In this document: one piece after another, positions 46,132-58,000 of the stretch | Layout: each line of letters opens with the position of its first letter | How positions within the stretch are numbered: the first letter of the stretch is position 1 | Source of the DNA: a virus | Taxonomy: Duplodnaviria > Caudoviricetes | Length of the DNA stretch: 64,000 bases | Virus record (IMG/VR): IMGVR_UViG_3300017788_000016 | Coordinates: 1,372-65,371 of that record | Strand: one strand, 5' to 3' | Program-made: the position numbers and the translations under genes | The notes under the pieces: generated by a model | Databases searched by the model: none | What the model saw: only the letters and a program-made list of their open reading frames with translations | What the model was told of the DNA's origin: nothing

Positions 46132-46662
46132 TTAGAGCAAATCAAGGCTGTCGAGGGCCATGTAGGAGAGATCAGTTCCTCTTACATGGCCTTTTCTCAT
46201 TAGCTCTCGGAAGCTCTCCAGGGAAATGATCTCCACCGTAAGAAATTCATTGGGGTCCAAGTCCAACTTGGCAACCTTTTGGCAATTCACGGCCACAAAC
46301 ATGTGACGAATCCCTGTGGAGTATGGGGAATAGGGAAGGGAACCTAAGTAGGTCAAAGTCCCCTTGTGGCCGGTTTCCTCCAAAAGCTCCCTCTCGGCTG
46401 CTTTTCCTGGATCCTCGCCCTCTCCAAGCCCTCCACCAGGCAGCTCCAATTCCTTCTTCTCGGAGCCCGGCCTAAACTGACGAACGCACACAACGGAGTT
46501 GTCATCCCTAAGAGCGAAAATCTGAACCGAGTTCTTGGCACCCTCAAGAATGAACGCTTCCTGAGCCCCATTGGGAAGTTCAAATTGCTTCACCACGAGA
46601 CGCTTGTCATATCCGCTATCCTTGTGCTGGACAACGTAGTTCTTTTGGGAGAGCTTTTTCAT
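46132..46662 (-). CDS. NUDIX hydrolase (ADP-ribose pyrophosphatase-like)
   Basis: VRQFRPG...ELPGGGLGEGEDPGKAAERELLEETG NUDIX box; LDPNE. Confidence 0.9.
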   Translation of the reverse strand: MKKLSQKNYVVQHKDSGYDKRLVVKQFELPNGAQEAFILEGAKNSVQIFALRDDNSVVCVRQFRPGSEKKELELPGGGLGEGEDPGKAAERELLEETGHKGTLTYLGSLPYSPYSTGIRHMFVAVNCQKVAKLDLDPNEFLTVEIISLESFRELMRKGHVRGTDLSYMALDSLDLL

Positions 46663-46997
46663 ATCCTATTGGATCGTTGAGGCACAAGCTTGTCCATCAG
46701 GAGCCTCAGAACATTTTCCTTGACTTTCTTGTAGAAAGGCGTATCCCAGACAATGTCGTCTCTACTATAGACCATGTCCCTCATTGGGGCATCCAAGGCC
46801 TTCATAATGCCATCCATGTTCATCCTGGTCATGGCAAGTTGAATTTCCCTGATATGGACTGGCACCATAATCTCGATAACCTCTCGGGCAACCTCTGAGG
46901 CCTTGGGCCTCGCCAAGCTTGATTGCATTACTTCCTTGAGTGTTGAGAGGTTTGTTTTCATGGAGTTTTTCTGGGGCCTTTGTTTCACAGAGGCCAT
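46659..46997 (-). CDS. hypothetical protein
   Basis: 112 aa; ATGA overlap with the NUDIX gene. Confidence 0.55.
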   Translation of the reverse strand: MASVKQRPQKNSMKTNLSTLKEVMQSSLARPKASEVAREVIEIMVPVHIREIQLAMTRMNMDGIMKALDAPMRDMVYSRDDIVWDTPFYKKVKENVLRLLMDKLVPQRSNRI

Positions 46998-47371
46998 GGG
47001 CGACCAGTTAGCTGCTTGAACCTCTCCTTGGTCATGTTCTTGAGGTTCAGCTTTTCAATGACGGATTCCACGGTGGCACCTGGCTTCTTAAGTTCCTGTT
47101 GAAAGGACTTGCTAGCCATGAGAGCCTCGATCACCGCATTGATCTGTTCTGGTGTGCCTCTGATCTTAAAGGGGAGCTTGGGTGGCTTTGCTGGCAGTCT
47201 TCCACCTCTCTCAAGACCTAGACCAACCAAATAGGCTGCCACGCCAGCGAAGAAAATCTTGCCTGCCCAGCTAAGACTTACTTCCTGAAGCTGCTCAGGT
47301 TCTTTTTTTGCAGGCTCTTCCTCGGTGGAGATGACGGAACTAGGATCTTTGATTGGGGATTCGTTGGACAT
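46985..47371 (-). CDS. hypothetical protein with one hydrophobic segment
   Basis: 128 aa; KIFFAGVAAYLVGLGL. Confidence 0.65.
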   Translation of the reverse strand: MSNESPIKDPSSVISTEEEPAKKEPEQLQEVSLSWAGKIFFAGVAAYLVGLGLERGGRLPAKPPKLPFKIRGTPEQINAVIEALMASKSFQQELKKPGATVESVIEKLNLKNMTKERFKQLTGRPWPL

Positions 47372-47477
47372 GTTTGGCTAGCCTTTGGAAAATCGGAGAC
47401 CTACGTAATTATCGTCTGGGGCCTAACTATACATAGAAACCTGCCCTGCGTTTGGACTTTCCTAGCACTCTTTTTCT

Positions 47478-50400
47478 ATGGCCTCAAACATCGACACAAC
47501 CCTTGAGCTTAACAAGCTCCTAGCCCAGCAAAATCAGCTATATGCTGATCAGGCGAAGCTAATGAAGGGCCAGATGGTAATGCTTCGCCAGATGGCTGAG
47601 ATGCTCAAGAATCTCGACCCAAGAATCCTCGCCGAGGGCTGGGGAGAAATGACCGAGGCCATGCAGGGGGCTGAGGCTGGTCTTGCTGGCATGGGAGGAG
47701 CCGGTCAGCAGAGTCTTGGGGACATGAATGAGACCCTGGATTCAGGCGTGGAGAGTATGCTTGAGATGGGCCAGTCCCTTAAGGGGCTTGGTAAGGGGCT
47801 CATGGCAATTGCTGGCCCGGCTGCTATTATCGAAACCCTAGGGGATGCCCTCAGCATAGCCGGCTCTGTGGGTTTGGGCCTGGTAAACACAATGATGAGC
47901 GTGGCAAGTGCCATAGGCAATGTAGCCATATCCATCATAACGGCTCCCTTTAAGATGCTGAGTACCCTGATGAACAATGCCCAGGGTGGAGGCTCAGGAC
48001 TTAGAGAGGCGCTGGAGGCAATCAGAAAATCCTTCGGTGACCTCAACACAGGTGCCTCAAAGGCTATCATTGATATTTCCAGGGGAATGACAGGTGAATT
48101 GGCTCAGACCGGTTTGAGTACCTATAGGATTTTCGGAAACCTCGCCGAACGTCTTAGGACAATCACTGAGTACGCCACCCAATTGGGTTCGATGTTCAAC
48201 AACCTTAGGGATTCCCTTGTTGCGAACGGGGAAGCCTTTGGTGCCTATGTAAAGGGCCTGGGTCTAACGGAAAACGGTCTTAAGGGTGTAGGCAGATTGG
48301 CCCTGTCAACTGGTAGTACCTTTACAGAGGTAAGCCGTGAAATTACCACCATGGCCTATGGCATGGGTGAGGCCTTTGGCATTAACGGCAGAGAGATATC
48401 GGGTGCCGTTGGCGAAATGCTCAATGACGTAAGGAATTTCGGTTCTCTGAGTGTCAAGCAACTCAGTCAGGTAGCCGTCTATGCCAACAGACTTGGTTTG
48501 GAGTTCCAGGATCTCCAGGGAACCATTGACCAGTTTGATAACTTTGAGCAGGCCGCCGATGCAGCAGCTCAATTGAGCCAGGCCTTTGGTTTGAACGTTG
48601 ATGCCTTGTCCCTGATTCAGGAACAAGACCCAGCAGCTAGATTTGAGCAATTGCGTAAGGCCTTCTTCCAGACCGGGCGCTCCGTGGAGCAGATGACTCG
48701 TCAGGAAATGAGACTTTTGGCTGCTCAGACTGGTCTTAGCGAGGAATCCGTTAAGCTTGGCTTCTCCCTGGAGAACCAAGGCGTCAACTATGCTGACATT
48801 CAAAAACAGGGCGACCTAACACAGAAGAAACAGCTAACCCAGGCCGAGGCCATGCAGAAACTTTCCAACTCCATTGAGAGATTGGTGAAATCTGGTGGTG
48901 CTCTCCAGGGCGGGTTCTTTGAGATATTCTTCAAGGGGTTCTTGCGAGGCATATCCATATCCAGAGAATTTAGGGGTATGATGCGAGCCTTGCATCAATC
49001 CATGCGAGCTACATTCCAGGCAGGACGACAGCTAGGACAAATCTTCGTTAAGGAATTCCCTGGCGTGAGCGATGTTTTTGAGGGTCTCAGGGACATATTC
49101 AACCCTAGCCGCTGGAGAGCCATGATGAAACAGGTCGTCGGGGCCTTCTCTCAGTTCTTCCGTGACATTACCACCAATCCCCAGGCAGGTCTTCAGAGTC
49201 TGTATAAGAGACTTCAGGAAGTGTTCTTCAACAACTTCTCTGCAAAAACAGCCGCAGGACGAAGGGTAATTGAGGGCTTTGCCACCTTCTACAAAACCAT
49301 TTTCCGAGTAGGTGTGGCAGCCATTCAGTTGGGCCTACAGTTCATTTCCAGAACCATATCCAACGCCTTTACCGAGGGCACCACTGAGAACAATTTCGTT
49401 AAGAGCGGCATGAAACTCATGGAACGCTTTGCCTCGGCAATTGTGGAATTCCCATGGCGTGAAAACTTCTCCAAGCTAAAGAACGCCCTTCTGGATTGGT
49501 TCATTGAGTCAACCAATGGCATTGACTGGAACGTTGTGGCAAACTCGGTGAGCGAGATGCTCCTCGACAGCCTTGCCTTTGCTCTCAGAGCACTCAGGGC
49601 GGTTGGCAACATAATCCTCAAGGCCATCAGTGACATAGACTTTGGAACAGCTATGCAACTAGTGGGTGCCGGTCTTCTGGCAGCCCTTGCAAGCGTACTC
49701 TGGACTGTGCTTCCTGGAATGCTGCTTGAGGCTGGAACCGTTCTTGTAATGGACTTCCTGTTGCCTGGCATTCTCACTGGTATTGAGATGGCAGGAAGTG
49801 CTATCTTCACGGCCATTGGCGGTTGGCCGACCCTGATTGTAGCAGCCCTGGCTGCTGCGGGCATTGCATTCCTTGAGTGGGGTGATGATCTAATGAACTA
49901 CGCCTCCCAGGCCTTGGATGACTTCGGACCAATGCTTGCCGGTGCCATCGAGGAGTACCTTCCGGTGGTTCTTGAGGAACTTTACGGATTCCTATCCAAT
50001 CTCCCTGAGCTTTTCGTGGAAGCCATTGAGTGGATCGGCAGTGCCATTAAGTCGAGTGTGGAGTGGCTAATCACCAGCGTCTCTAACCTGTTCTCTGCAA
50101 GCGGCAATCTTGACAGTGCCCTAGGTCGCTTCTTTACGAGAATCGGAGCTGCCATCGGTCATGTGTTTGCAGATTTCCTCAAGAATCATTTCCCAAATCT
50201 CTATGATGGAATGGTTACCTTCATGAATTTCTTCCGTGGTCTCAGAATCCTTGTTAGCAAGGCCATTGAGCCAATGCTAGCCTGGAAGCGTCAGCACATT
50301 GACCCAATCATAACCGCTTTCAGAAATGCAGGAACGGCTATCCAGGCTACATTCACAAGCGTATTCAACTACATTTCGCAAGGGTTCCGAAACCTGGTCG

Positions 50401-51221
50401 ATGGAATAACCAGTATGTGGTCGGGCATCTCTGAGAGAATTGAACCAATCATAACCACCATTCGTGAGTTGCTCAATATCTCCAGCACCCCAGAGGTGCC
50501 TGGTGCTGGTCTTTTTGGAAGCTTGAGAAAAAGCTTCCAGGATATCGTTTCTTTGGGCGAACAGAGCCAGACTGCGGCTGCTGCCACGACTCAACAAACC
50601 ACGGCAGCCATTGCAGCAAGTGCAGAGGCTGCATCCACAGCCGTAAGAACAACCTCAGAACAAACCAATGCGGCCCTTAAGGCCACGTCTCAACAGGCAG
50701 TTGCCACGGGTGCAGCCGCAGCAGAGGCTAGCCGTCAGGGTGGAGTTGGTGCCTCTGCCACTGCACCAGCAGGCGGTGGTGGTCTGTTTGATGGTCTCTT
50801 TGGTGGGGCTGGCGCACCTCCTGGTGGCGAGGCTATTCAAAGAAAACAGGCCCTTGAGGAACTGACCAGTCTCAGGGTTCCATCTCCAGCACGCGTGGCT
50901 CGTATGGAGAGAGACATTATCAGCATCACCGACAGATACTCCAAGGGTATCGTTAACAATGTCAGAGACCTTGTGGCGGCCGTTAACACCGTTACCACCG
51001 ACCTAAACAGCATTGGAGACTCTCCTCAGAGAATCAACGTCCAGCTTAAGCAGCTAGCCAACCATCTAGGAGTTGGAGCCTCTCAGAGGTTGGAGATACG
51101 AAACCGTAACTTCACAATTCAGATGAACGTCAACGTAACACTTGATGCTGACGAGTTTGAGACCGCACTTTCCAGCAGACCTGGCGGCTCCACATTCGTT
51201 GTTAGACCGGAGAACGAGTAG
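47478..51221 (+). CDS. tape measure protein
   Basis: 1247 aa, Ala/Gly/Leu-rich and helical, with hydrophobic segments and W/F-spaced repeats; lies between the tail chaperone and baseplate genes. Confidence 0.8.
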   Translation: MASNIDTTLELNKLLAQQNQLYADQAKLMKGQMVMLRQMAEMLKNLDPRILAEGWGEMTEAMQGAEAGLAGMGGAGQQSLGDMNETLDSGVESMLEMGQSLKGLGKGLMAIAGPAAIIETLGDALSIAGSVGLGLVNTMMSVASAIGNVAISIITAPFKMLSTLMNNAQGGGSGLREALEAIRKSFGDLNTGASKAIIDISRGMTGELAQTGLSTYRIFGNLAERLRTITEYATQLGSMFNNLRDSLVANGEAFGAYVKGLGLTENGLKGVGRLALSTGSTFTEVSREITTMAYGMGEAFGINGREISGAVGEMLNDVRNFGSLSVKQLSQVAVYANRLGLEFQDLQGTIDQFDNFEQAADAAAQLSQAFGLNVDALSLIQEQDPAARFEQLRKAFFQTGRSVEQMTRQEMRLLAAQTGLSEESVKLGFSLENQGVNYADIQKQGDLTQKKQLTQAEAMQKLSNSIERLVKSGGALQGGFFEIFFKGFLRGISISREFRGMMRALHQSMRATFQAGRQLGQIFVKEFPGVSDVFEGLRDIFNPSRWRAMMKQVVGAFSQFFRDITTNPQAGLQSLYKRLQEVFFNNFSAKTAAGRRVIEGFATFYKTIFRVGVAAIQLGLQFISRTISNAFTEGTTENNFVKSGMKLMERFASAIVEFPWRENFSKLKNALLDWFIESTNGIDWNVVANSVSEMLLDSLAFALRALRAVGNIILKAISDIDFGTAMQLVGAGLLAALASVLWTVLPGMLLEAGTVLVMDFLLPGILTGIEMAGSAIFTAIGGWPTLIVAALAAAGIAFLEWGDDLMNYASQALDDFGPMLAGAIEEYLPVVLEELYGFLSNLPELFVEAIEWIGSAIKSSVEWLITSVSNLFSASGNLDSALGRFFTRIGAAIGHVFADFLKNHFPNLYDGMVTFMNFFRGLRILVSKAIEPMLAWKRQHIDPIITAFRNAGTAIQATFTSVFNYISQGFRNLVDGITSMWSGISERIEPIITTIRELLNISSTPEVPGAGLFGSLRKSFQDIVSLGEQSQTAAAATTQQTTAAIAASAEAASTAVRTTSEQTNAALKATSQQAVATGAAAAEASRQGGVGASATAPAGGGGLFDGLFGGAGAPPGGEAIQRKQALEELTSLRVPSPARVARMERDIISITDRYSKGIVNNVRDLVAAVNTVTTDLNSIGDSPQRINVQLKQLANHLGVGASQRLEIRNRNFTIQMNVNVTLDADEFETALSSRPGGSTFVVRPENE

Positions 51222-51227
51222 TAGAAT

Positions 51228-51419
51228 ATGACCAAAGCCCCCACGGAGCCAAAACCTTCCTTGTTTGATGAGATGCTTAAGGATGAGGAATACAGAAAGC
51301 TTTTCGATGCTCTACCAGATGACGAGAAGCCCCTACTAATGAACAGTGTAAGACGGTTCGTCGATGACTTTGAAAAATCCCTCGAGGCGATAACAGAAAA
51401 CATTGACAGACGTACTTAA
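51228..51419 (+). CDS. hypothetical protein
   Basis: 63-aa ORF filling the gap between two large genes. Confidence 0.5.
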   Translation: MTKAPTEPKPSLFDEMLKDEEYRKLFDALPDDEKPLLMNSVRRFVDDFEKSLEAITENIDRRT

Positions 51420-51424
51420 AATGT

Positions 51425-54400
51425 ATGTCGCAAGACCTTCCGGCACGCACAAGGCTCACTTTGGCCGCACAAAATCGCAGTGTGGTGAGCATTGCCATTA
51501 CGTCCTCAGATGCGGACGATCACTTTGCTATTGGCCGAGAGGACTACACCAAGGAAACCATGGCGGTGGCTCAGGCTCAGGCCCTAGGGGTAACTGAGGA
51601 GGGCAAGTCTCGCTATGGTCTTACCATTGGCGGAAGCATTAAGAGTCTCCAGGTTAACGGATATCCTGCATCCATCGAGGATGGTGGTCCTGGTGGGCGC
51701 AACACTTTCTCTGATGAATTCAACGATCCATCGGCGGCCCCAGCCCTTTCGGCCTTCGAGAATGCATCCAATTCGCAGACCCTAGGCTTCAATATCATCA
51801 AGGGTAAGGCACTTCCAGCCTCGGAGTTGGATGTTGACTACCAGGAATTCCTTAGGGAGGTCGCCTCCAATCCCTCAGACAACCGTCTGGCCGTGAGTCT
51901 TACGAAGCTCGCCGAGGAAAACAATGGTGGATTCACCAGCAAGACTCCCTATCTCACAATTGGTCAGAAAGAGAAGGACACCACAATCGGTAAGGTGGTT
52001 CTGCAAAACGAGCCCGGTGTGCATGCTCCTAAGACCTTCCCGGAGACTCGAACCACCGTTGAAATGAAGATGCAGACCCTAAAAAATCTAGGGCTGCAAC
52101 TTATGCTCAAGGCCAGCGGTGAATACGTCAACATGACGGACCAAGAGGACTTCGCTCAGACCTTGGCAGTCAAGGCCGGTTCCCTTGCTCCTGGTCTTGC
52201 AAGAATAGGAGTTAAGATTCCCCTTGTGGAGCTTCAGCCGAAGAATCTCATTCTCCAATCCAATCCCGATTTCACAAAGACAGATTCCTCTCTCCTTCGT
52301 CAGGATGACACCCTAACCAACGGATCCTACAACAGCCCATTGGTTCCTTTCGATGGCATTGATACCCGTTCTACCATAGCTGCCTCGGTCATTCTGATTA
52401 GCACCCTGGGTCTTCTCTTTGAGACCTTAAGTCGTGTCTTTAGTCCAAGAAACGGTCTCCAAAGCCAATTGGCCAACAGCATCACCAGTCAGGTTAACAA
52501 CCTTACCATTCAAACAACCAATGACTACACAGAGTGCGTGAGGGTTGGTATGCTTGTGTTCTTTGGCAATGGTAGCTCCAACAGCATTGCCGATCTCATT
52601 CAGAGCGGTTTTTCCAAACTCCAAGACTCTCCCGGCTATTACAACACTATTCTCAGAAACCTCGTCAAGTCCCTGACCTATGAAGTAGGCCAATCCCTAT
52701 TTGCAGCGGCCGTTCCTCCAGGTGTGATTGATGGCCTAGCCGGTCCCTTGGACTCCAACTCTGGTGCAACCATTCGTCCTGCTGGTCTGTCCCAGGACAT
52801 TGGTGGAAACCTCTTCAAGGCCTTTTCCAGAATCAGTCAGTCTCGCATCGTGGCCTTTATGAACGTTCTGGCCAACCTTGGAGACCTCCAAATCAGTCTC
52901 AGGGATCAGGCCGGTATGCTAGAGGCCGGTGGAAGGGTGACTTCCCTGGATGCTCAGATTTCTGACGTTTCAGGAGAGGGAGCTAAGGAAATCGTCAATC
53001 CCTCTGCTCTAATAAGACGCAACAGACTTTCCTCGGCTGCTCAGCAAAAGCTTGGTTTTGCAAATCTTGGTCCATTGGCCTGGGGCTCCTCCACAACTCC
53101 ATCGGTTTTCATACTTCCTAGGTCCATCATTCAGGCTGCCAATGATCTTGATGGTTCTGGCACAACCCTTGAAACCAGATTTTCCTCAGATCCTAGCATT
53201 CGTATTCAAACGGATGAGCGTTCAAGAATTGCACCTGAGGTTGTACAGGAAATCGAGGACAATCTCGAGGCGAGCTATGTTCCCTTCTACTTCCACGACC
53301 TCAGAACCAACGAAATCATCTCTTTCCATGCCTTTCTGACCGAAATGTCCGATGGGTTCACGGCCGAGTACAGCGAAACCTCCGGCTATGGCCGTGTTGG
53401 CAAAATCTTCACCTACAAGAACACCGATCGCTCCATTTCCATGGGTTTTATGGTCGTGGCTACCTCGGATGCGGACTTCCAGAGAATGTGGTGGAAAATC
53501 AACAAACTCGTTACCACCGTGTATCCTCAGTACACGGCCGGAAGGACCATAGAATATCAGGGTGAGAAATTCATCCAGCCTTTCTCTCAACTTCCTAGTG
53601 CCAGCCCCTTGGTACGCATCCGTCTTGGCGATGTTTGGAAAAGCAACTACTCCAAGTTTGCCTTGGCAAGACTATTCGGCCTAGGTCAGGGTCAGGATAA
53701 GTTCTCTCTGAATCAGAGCAACATAGACACCGAGAGAACCAACAATGAGCAACTTCGTGAGAAGATTTCTCTTGTCAGGGCTCGTATGGCCAGAAACGAC
53801 TTCAGCGTCAACGAGAGATTCTATTTTCAGTACACTGCCCCATCAGCCGCAGGCAGACGTGCACGGAGAGGAGTGGATGCGATGCCCCTAGGTGCTCCTG
53901 AAAGCTCCTACGTGCTTCATATGGTTGCAACAGAGGGCGTGACAGGTACCCCAACTCCAAGCCCCGCAGGGAGCCGTACAGGAGGTCGTGCGGCTAGTGC
54001 AACCCAGCCTAGCCCAACCCTGACCTCGGGTCGTTACCTGATGCGTGTTGTTTCCAAGGAGCCTGGAACTGGAAGCTCTCAGGACACTGGTCAGGCCCAG
54101 ACAACCTCAGATACAATCCTCTACAAGCTTCGAATTGACGATGCCTCCTCTGGGGATCGCTCTAGGGAATACTATCTTAGACTTCCAACAACTCCCTCGG
54201 CTACTGAGGTGCAACCCCATGAGGTAGCACATGTTACCATCTATGAGGACGACGTTCAGGCGGCTGCAACTCAACTTCAGGGACAAACTTCCACGACCGA
54301 AATCCAGGACGAGGAAAATACCACGAGTCTGGTGCAAAACTTCTTTATCTCCAAGGGTGACAACCAAAATCCAATCTTCAAAGCCTTTGAAACCACCGCT

Positions 54401-54748
54401 GGACGAGGACTGGCCGGTTTTATTCGAAGCATCAAGTTCGATTGGGCGGAGTCAACTTGGTCAGTGGACGGATTTAATGGTAGAGCACCTCAGATGCTCA
54501 AGATTGCAATTGAGTTTGCACCTATCCATGACATTGCCCCAGGCATTGACAACAATGGATTCAACACTGCACCTGTGTACAGAGTCGGTGAGTTGTCGGA
54601 TGCTCTCAACACCACCACTCACAGAGACAAAACCGAGAATGATGCTCGAAGAACACGTTGGAACACTCTAAATGGTGAGTCGGCTCTTAGGAGAAATCCA
54701 AGCTCATTCAGAAGATCGGTTGGCGGTGGACCAGAGGGTAATGGCTGA
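51425..54748 (+). CDS. large baseplate / tail-tube initiator-like protein
   Basis: Tube-like domain VPFYFHDLR...FHAFLTEMSDGFTAEYSE..GYGR...YKNTDRSISMGF...PLVRIRLGD...GFIRSIKFDW..W..RAPQMLKIAIEFAPIHD. Confidence 0.7.
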   Translation: MSQDLPARTRLTLAAQNRSVVSIAITSSDADDHFAIGREDYTKETMAVAQAQALGVTEEGKSRYGLTIGGSIKSLQVNGYPASIEDGGPGGRNTFSDEFNDPSAAPALSAFENASNSQTLGFNIIKGKALPASELDVDYQEFLREVASNPSDNRLAVSLTKLAEENNGGFTSKTPYLTIGQKEKDTTIGKVVLQNEPGVHAPKTFPETRTTVEMKMQTLKNLGLQLMLKASGEYVNMTDQEDFAQTLAVKAGSLAPGLARIGVKIPLVELQPKNLILQSNPDFTKTDSSLLRQDDTLTNGSYNSPLVPFDGIDTRSTIAASVILISTLGLLFETLSRVFSPRNGLQSQLANSITSQVNNLTIQTTNDYTECVRVGMLVFFGNGSSNSIADLIQSGFSKLQDSPGYYNTILRNLVKSLTYEVGQSLFAAAVPPGVIDGLAGPLDSNSGATIRPAGLSQDIGGNLFKAFSRISQSRIVAFMNVLANLGDLQISLRDQAGMLEAGGRVTSLDAQISDVSGEGAKEIVNPSALIRRNRLSSAAQQKLGFANLGPLAWGSSTTPSVFILPRSIIQAANDLDGSGTTLETRFSSDPSIRIQTDERSRIAPEVVQEIEDNLEASYVPFYFHDLRTNEIISFHAFLTEMSDGFTAEYSETSGYGRVGKIFTYKNTDRSISMGFMVVATSDADFQRMWWKINKLVTTVYPQYTAGRTIEYQGEKFIQPFSQLPSASPLVRIRLGDVWKSNYSKFALARLFGLGQGQDKFSLNQSNIDTERTNNEQLREKISLVRARMARNDFSVNERFYFQYTAPSAAGRRARRGVDAMPLGAPESSYVLHMVATEGVTGTPTPSPAGSRTGGRAASATQPSPTLTSGRYLMRVVSKEPGTGSSQDTGQAQTTSDTILYKLRIDDASSGDRSREYYLRLPTTPSATEVQPHEVAHVTIYEDDVQAAATQLQGQTSTTEIQDEENTTSLVQNFFISKGDNQNPIFKAFETTAGRGLAGFIRSIKFDWAESTWSVDGFNGRAPQMLKIAIEFAPIHDIAPGIDNNGFNTAPVYRVGELSDALNTTTHRDKTENDARRTRWNTLNGESALRRNPSSFRRSVGGGPEGNG

Positions 54749-54764
54749 AAAGGAACGGAACTAA

Positions 54765-55061
54765 ATGGCTGACATTAGACGATATGCAAGAGCACCGATA
54801 CTTCTGTTTGGAAAGAAGTACGGTACTAGCACTGCCATCCTTGCCATAAGGACAAATGTACAAAATGGCAACATTCGTTTTACGGACCTTGTGTCGCAGG
54901 AGAACGAAAGGCTTGATATTCTGGCAGGTCAATTCTATGGCGAGGCCAGGCTATGGTGGGTCATTGCCGCAAGCTCTGAAATTGGTTGGGGACTCCAGGT
55001 CCCACCTGGTACTGTCCTGAGAATCCCGAACATCGAGGACTGCGCCAAATACGTTGGTTGA
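54765..55061 (+). CDS. baseplate wedge protein, LysM-like (gp53/tail X-like)
   Basis: ERLDILAGQFYGEARLWWVIAASS...VPPGTVLRIP. Confidence 0.85.
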   Translation: MADIRRYARAPILLFGKKYGTSTAILAIRTNVQNGNIRFTDLVSQENERLDILAGQFYGEARLWWVIAASSEIGWGLQVPPGTVLRIPNIEDCAKYVG

Positions 55062-55066
55062 GACTT

Positions 55067-58000
55067 ATGCCGAGCAGGGAACAGAAACTACAAAGGGCCG
55101 TCAACACCCTTACCAAATACTTCGGGCTTCACAATGCTGTAAGCCTGGCTGCTGCCATTGTCAATGAGCAGCAAAGAGGTACCGGCACTGTGGGAGTTGG
55201 CGGAACTGGGCTTACCACAGCCCAACAATCCCAGTTGGCCTCTGTTGAGGGTACCTCCGGGGCCTCTGAGTCGTCTGCTGAGATTTCTCCCGATACTGTA
55301 ATGAGTGAGATCATCACCCTGATGATTGACACCTCGGAGGGCTCCTTCACAGCCCTTGAGCTTGCAAGAAGAATTGCACGCCAGATGGAAAACGCCTCAG
55401 AGGAAACCAAAAGTAGGGTTAGACAGCTAATCCAGTTCTATGGCACCACGGATGACTCCTTCCGTACCATTCAGAATCCAACCAATCCAGACGACTTGGT
55501 GACCGTCAATGACATGCTGAGCTATGCAGAAGGCCAGGGTGCAACCATTAACGGAAACCAGACAAGTCCACCCTCCAAGGAAAAGCCAGGTCTGAGTATC
55601 CTATTTTCCAACTCCAAGAGAGTATCTCAGGTTTCCAGACACTCCAATGCCGTTACGATTTTCATGAATGGCATTCCAACCATTGAGATTGCAAAGGCCG
55701 TCCCATATCTCAATATCGATTTTCTGTTTGCAAGGCCGCCAGTCAGCGAGGACAATCGTCTCCAGACTCCAAGCCTATTGAAGTTTTTGAACGGTGCCGA
55801 CCAGATTCCATCCAGCAACACCCCTGGCGAGGTAAAGCCCTACCGTTCTTTAGCTCTTGGAAATCAGATCACCCAGGAAGTCACCGTGGATAGGCAGACA
55901 ACCCAGGAGCCCTTTGCCCTGGCTGGTATGGAAATGTTCACCTCTCCTCAAACCCTGGTCAATGCCAATGAGGTTGACAGGGAAGAGAACAGAAGCAACC
56001 CCGTGTTGGACAAGTTCCGTCCATTCATGACCATCAAGGACTTTGAGGTGAACATTGTGGGCACCACGGGTCTGGCAAACTATAAAACAGGCAAGCTCAC
56101 TGTCATTCTCCATGATCGCTCTAGGTTGGCCGACGTGGCCGATTTCGTAAGACCAGACCTTTATGGTAGAACGGAACTGCTTATAGAGTACGGTTGGAGC
56201 CACCCAGATGGTGAGAACAGCAGTATCGAAAATCCCTACGGGGATCTGATCAATGGAATGCGTTGCAGTGAGAAATATGGCGTTCGTAACTCCTCCTATA
56301 CCTTCGATGAGGCAGGTCAGGTCATCATTACTCTTGACCTCTACATGCGTGGAGGAGTGGACACTTCTACCGAGCTGATTTCCTCGGATGATGAAAGCAT
56401 TGGCGATGCCCTGAGGGCAGTTGAGGAACTCCAGCAGACAATCTCTGAAATCCGTCAGCGTTCTTTCCAACAGGGAACGAGAACGAGGGAAGTGCGAGGC
56501 ATTCAGATATTGGATGCAGCCCAGGATGCCCTGGCTCACTCCATTCTTAGCTCCGATCTAAGGACCGAACTTAGAACCTTCAGGAGAACCCTTACAACAA
56601 GTGCCACCACACCAGACGTTAGTCGTCTAAGGCAAAGCCTGGAAGACCTCTTTGGAACAGAACAGGAATTGGGTGCTAGCAGAAGAAGCGGAACCACTGC
56701 CCAGGGAGCAGTGGGTCAAGTTAGGGCAACCGTGCTTGGTTCAGTTACCAGAAAGGTTCAGAGAATTTCGCAGTATCAACCCGACCCTTTCCTGATTGAG
56801 AATTATCCACCAGGTGCTCCCACGCCGGGCTCCTCAAGACAGGTAGTCGGCCTCAGGGGAGTTGCCGCAAGGCAACAAACACGCTATCGGGAGAACTTCG
56901 GAACCGAGGTAGCCCCAGGAGCCAAGGCCAGCCTTGCGACTCTTCTGCTTCACTTCATTGGAGAGCCGCTGGCCAACACACGCAAATTCGATGATGTTCA
57001 GCTCATTTTCTACCCTTTCAACACCAGGGCAGGATATGCGGCCAATCTGAACATCGGTAACTTCGAAGTGGACCTTTCCTACTTCTCCCAGGAGTTTGCA
57101 AGACTCCGACTCGCAAACATTTCTCGTTCCTCCAATATGAACCTTCGAGAGTTCATGAATTTCGTTGGTCAGGCTCTTTTGGATGATCCCGCAGCACGGT
57201 CCTATGGTTTGTTTTCAACTGAGGGTGCTTTCTATAGAGAAGTCTATGAAGAAGGAAACGTCAGAAGCACCGAGGCTGTAGACGAGGTTCCTCGCCTACA
57301 ACAAAGAACCCAAGAGAGACTTAGGGGAGTTACTCCCGATGGAACATTTGACATGCCTCAAATCGAGTTCTATCTTGAGTGTTTGCCAGAAAAGATTGCA
57401 ACTGAGGACGGGCAAGATTCTCATGTCGGGCAAGCCAAGAGCATTCTGAGGCTTCACATTTACGACAGAAAGTCAACCTCCTATGAGTCCCTAGGGTCTC
57501 TCCTGGCCTCGGCACGAGAAGGCGAAATGGCAGCCGTGGGAAGAATCCCAGGCGGTCAGCAGGGCAATCCAAACGTAACAGCGGCCTCTGCACAGGATCA
57601 GACTGCTTTCATCGAAACAGCCGAAAGGTACAACCTGATCGAGGCCATTGAGGGTACGGATCCCCCGATGTATCGAATTAATGGCGGTCCTAGGAAGCTC
57701 AAGAAATTCCTCTACAGGACAATGCCCTACATGATCTATGGGGCAGCAGGTTCTCTTATCAAGGCAGCCAATGTAAGCTCTCAGCAAAATCCAGAGCTAG
57801 CAACCATCAACATGCTCCGCTCCTTTAGGAGATCCGAGCTTCAACCCAATGGTGAGCTTCCTGGCGGGCTACCCATGCGTATCATTCCAACAGAGCTTAC
57901 CATGCAGACAATGGGTTGCCCTCTGTTTGTGTACACCCAACAGTTCTTTGTGGATTTCCAGACTGGTACCAGCGCAGACAACATTTATGGAATCACCGGG

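Noticed and set aside
7232-46662. NAD+ reconstitution (anti-defence) pathway from the nucleotidyltransferase and NUDIX genes
   Set aside because: The two genes are about 38 kb apart, and no Nampt- or PRPP-synthetase-like partner is visible in the window
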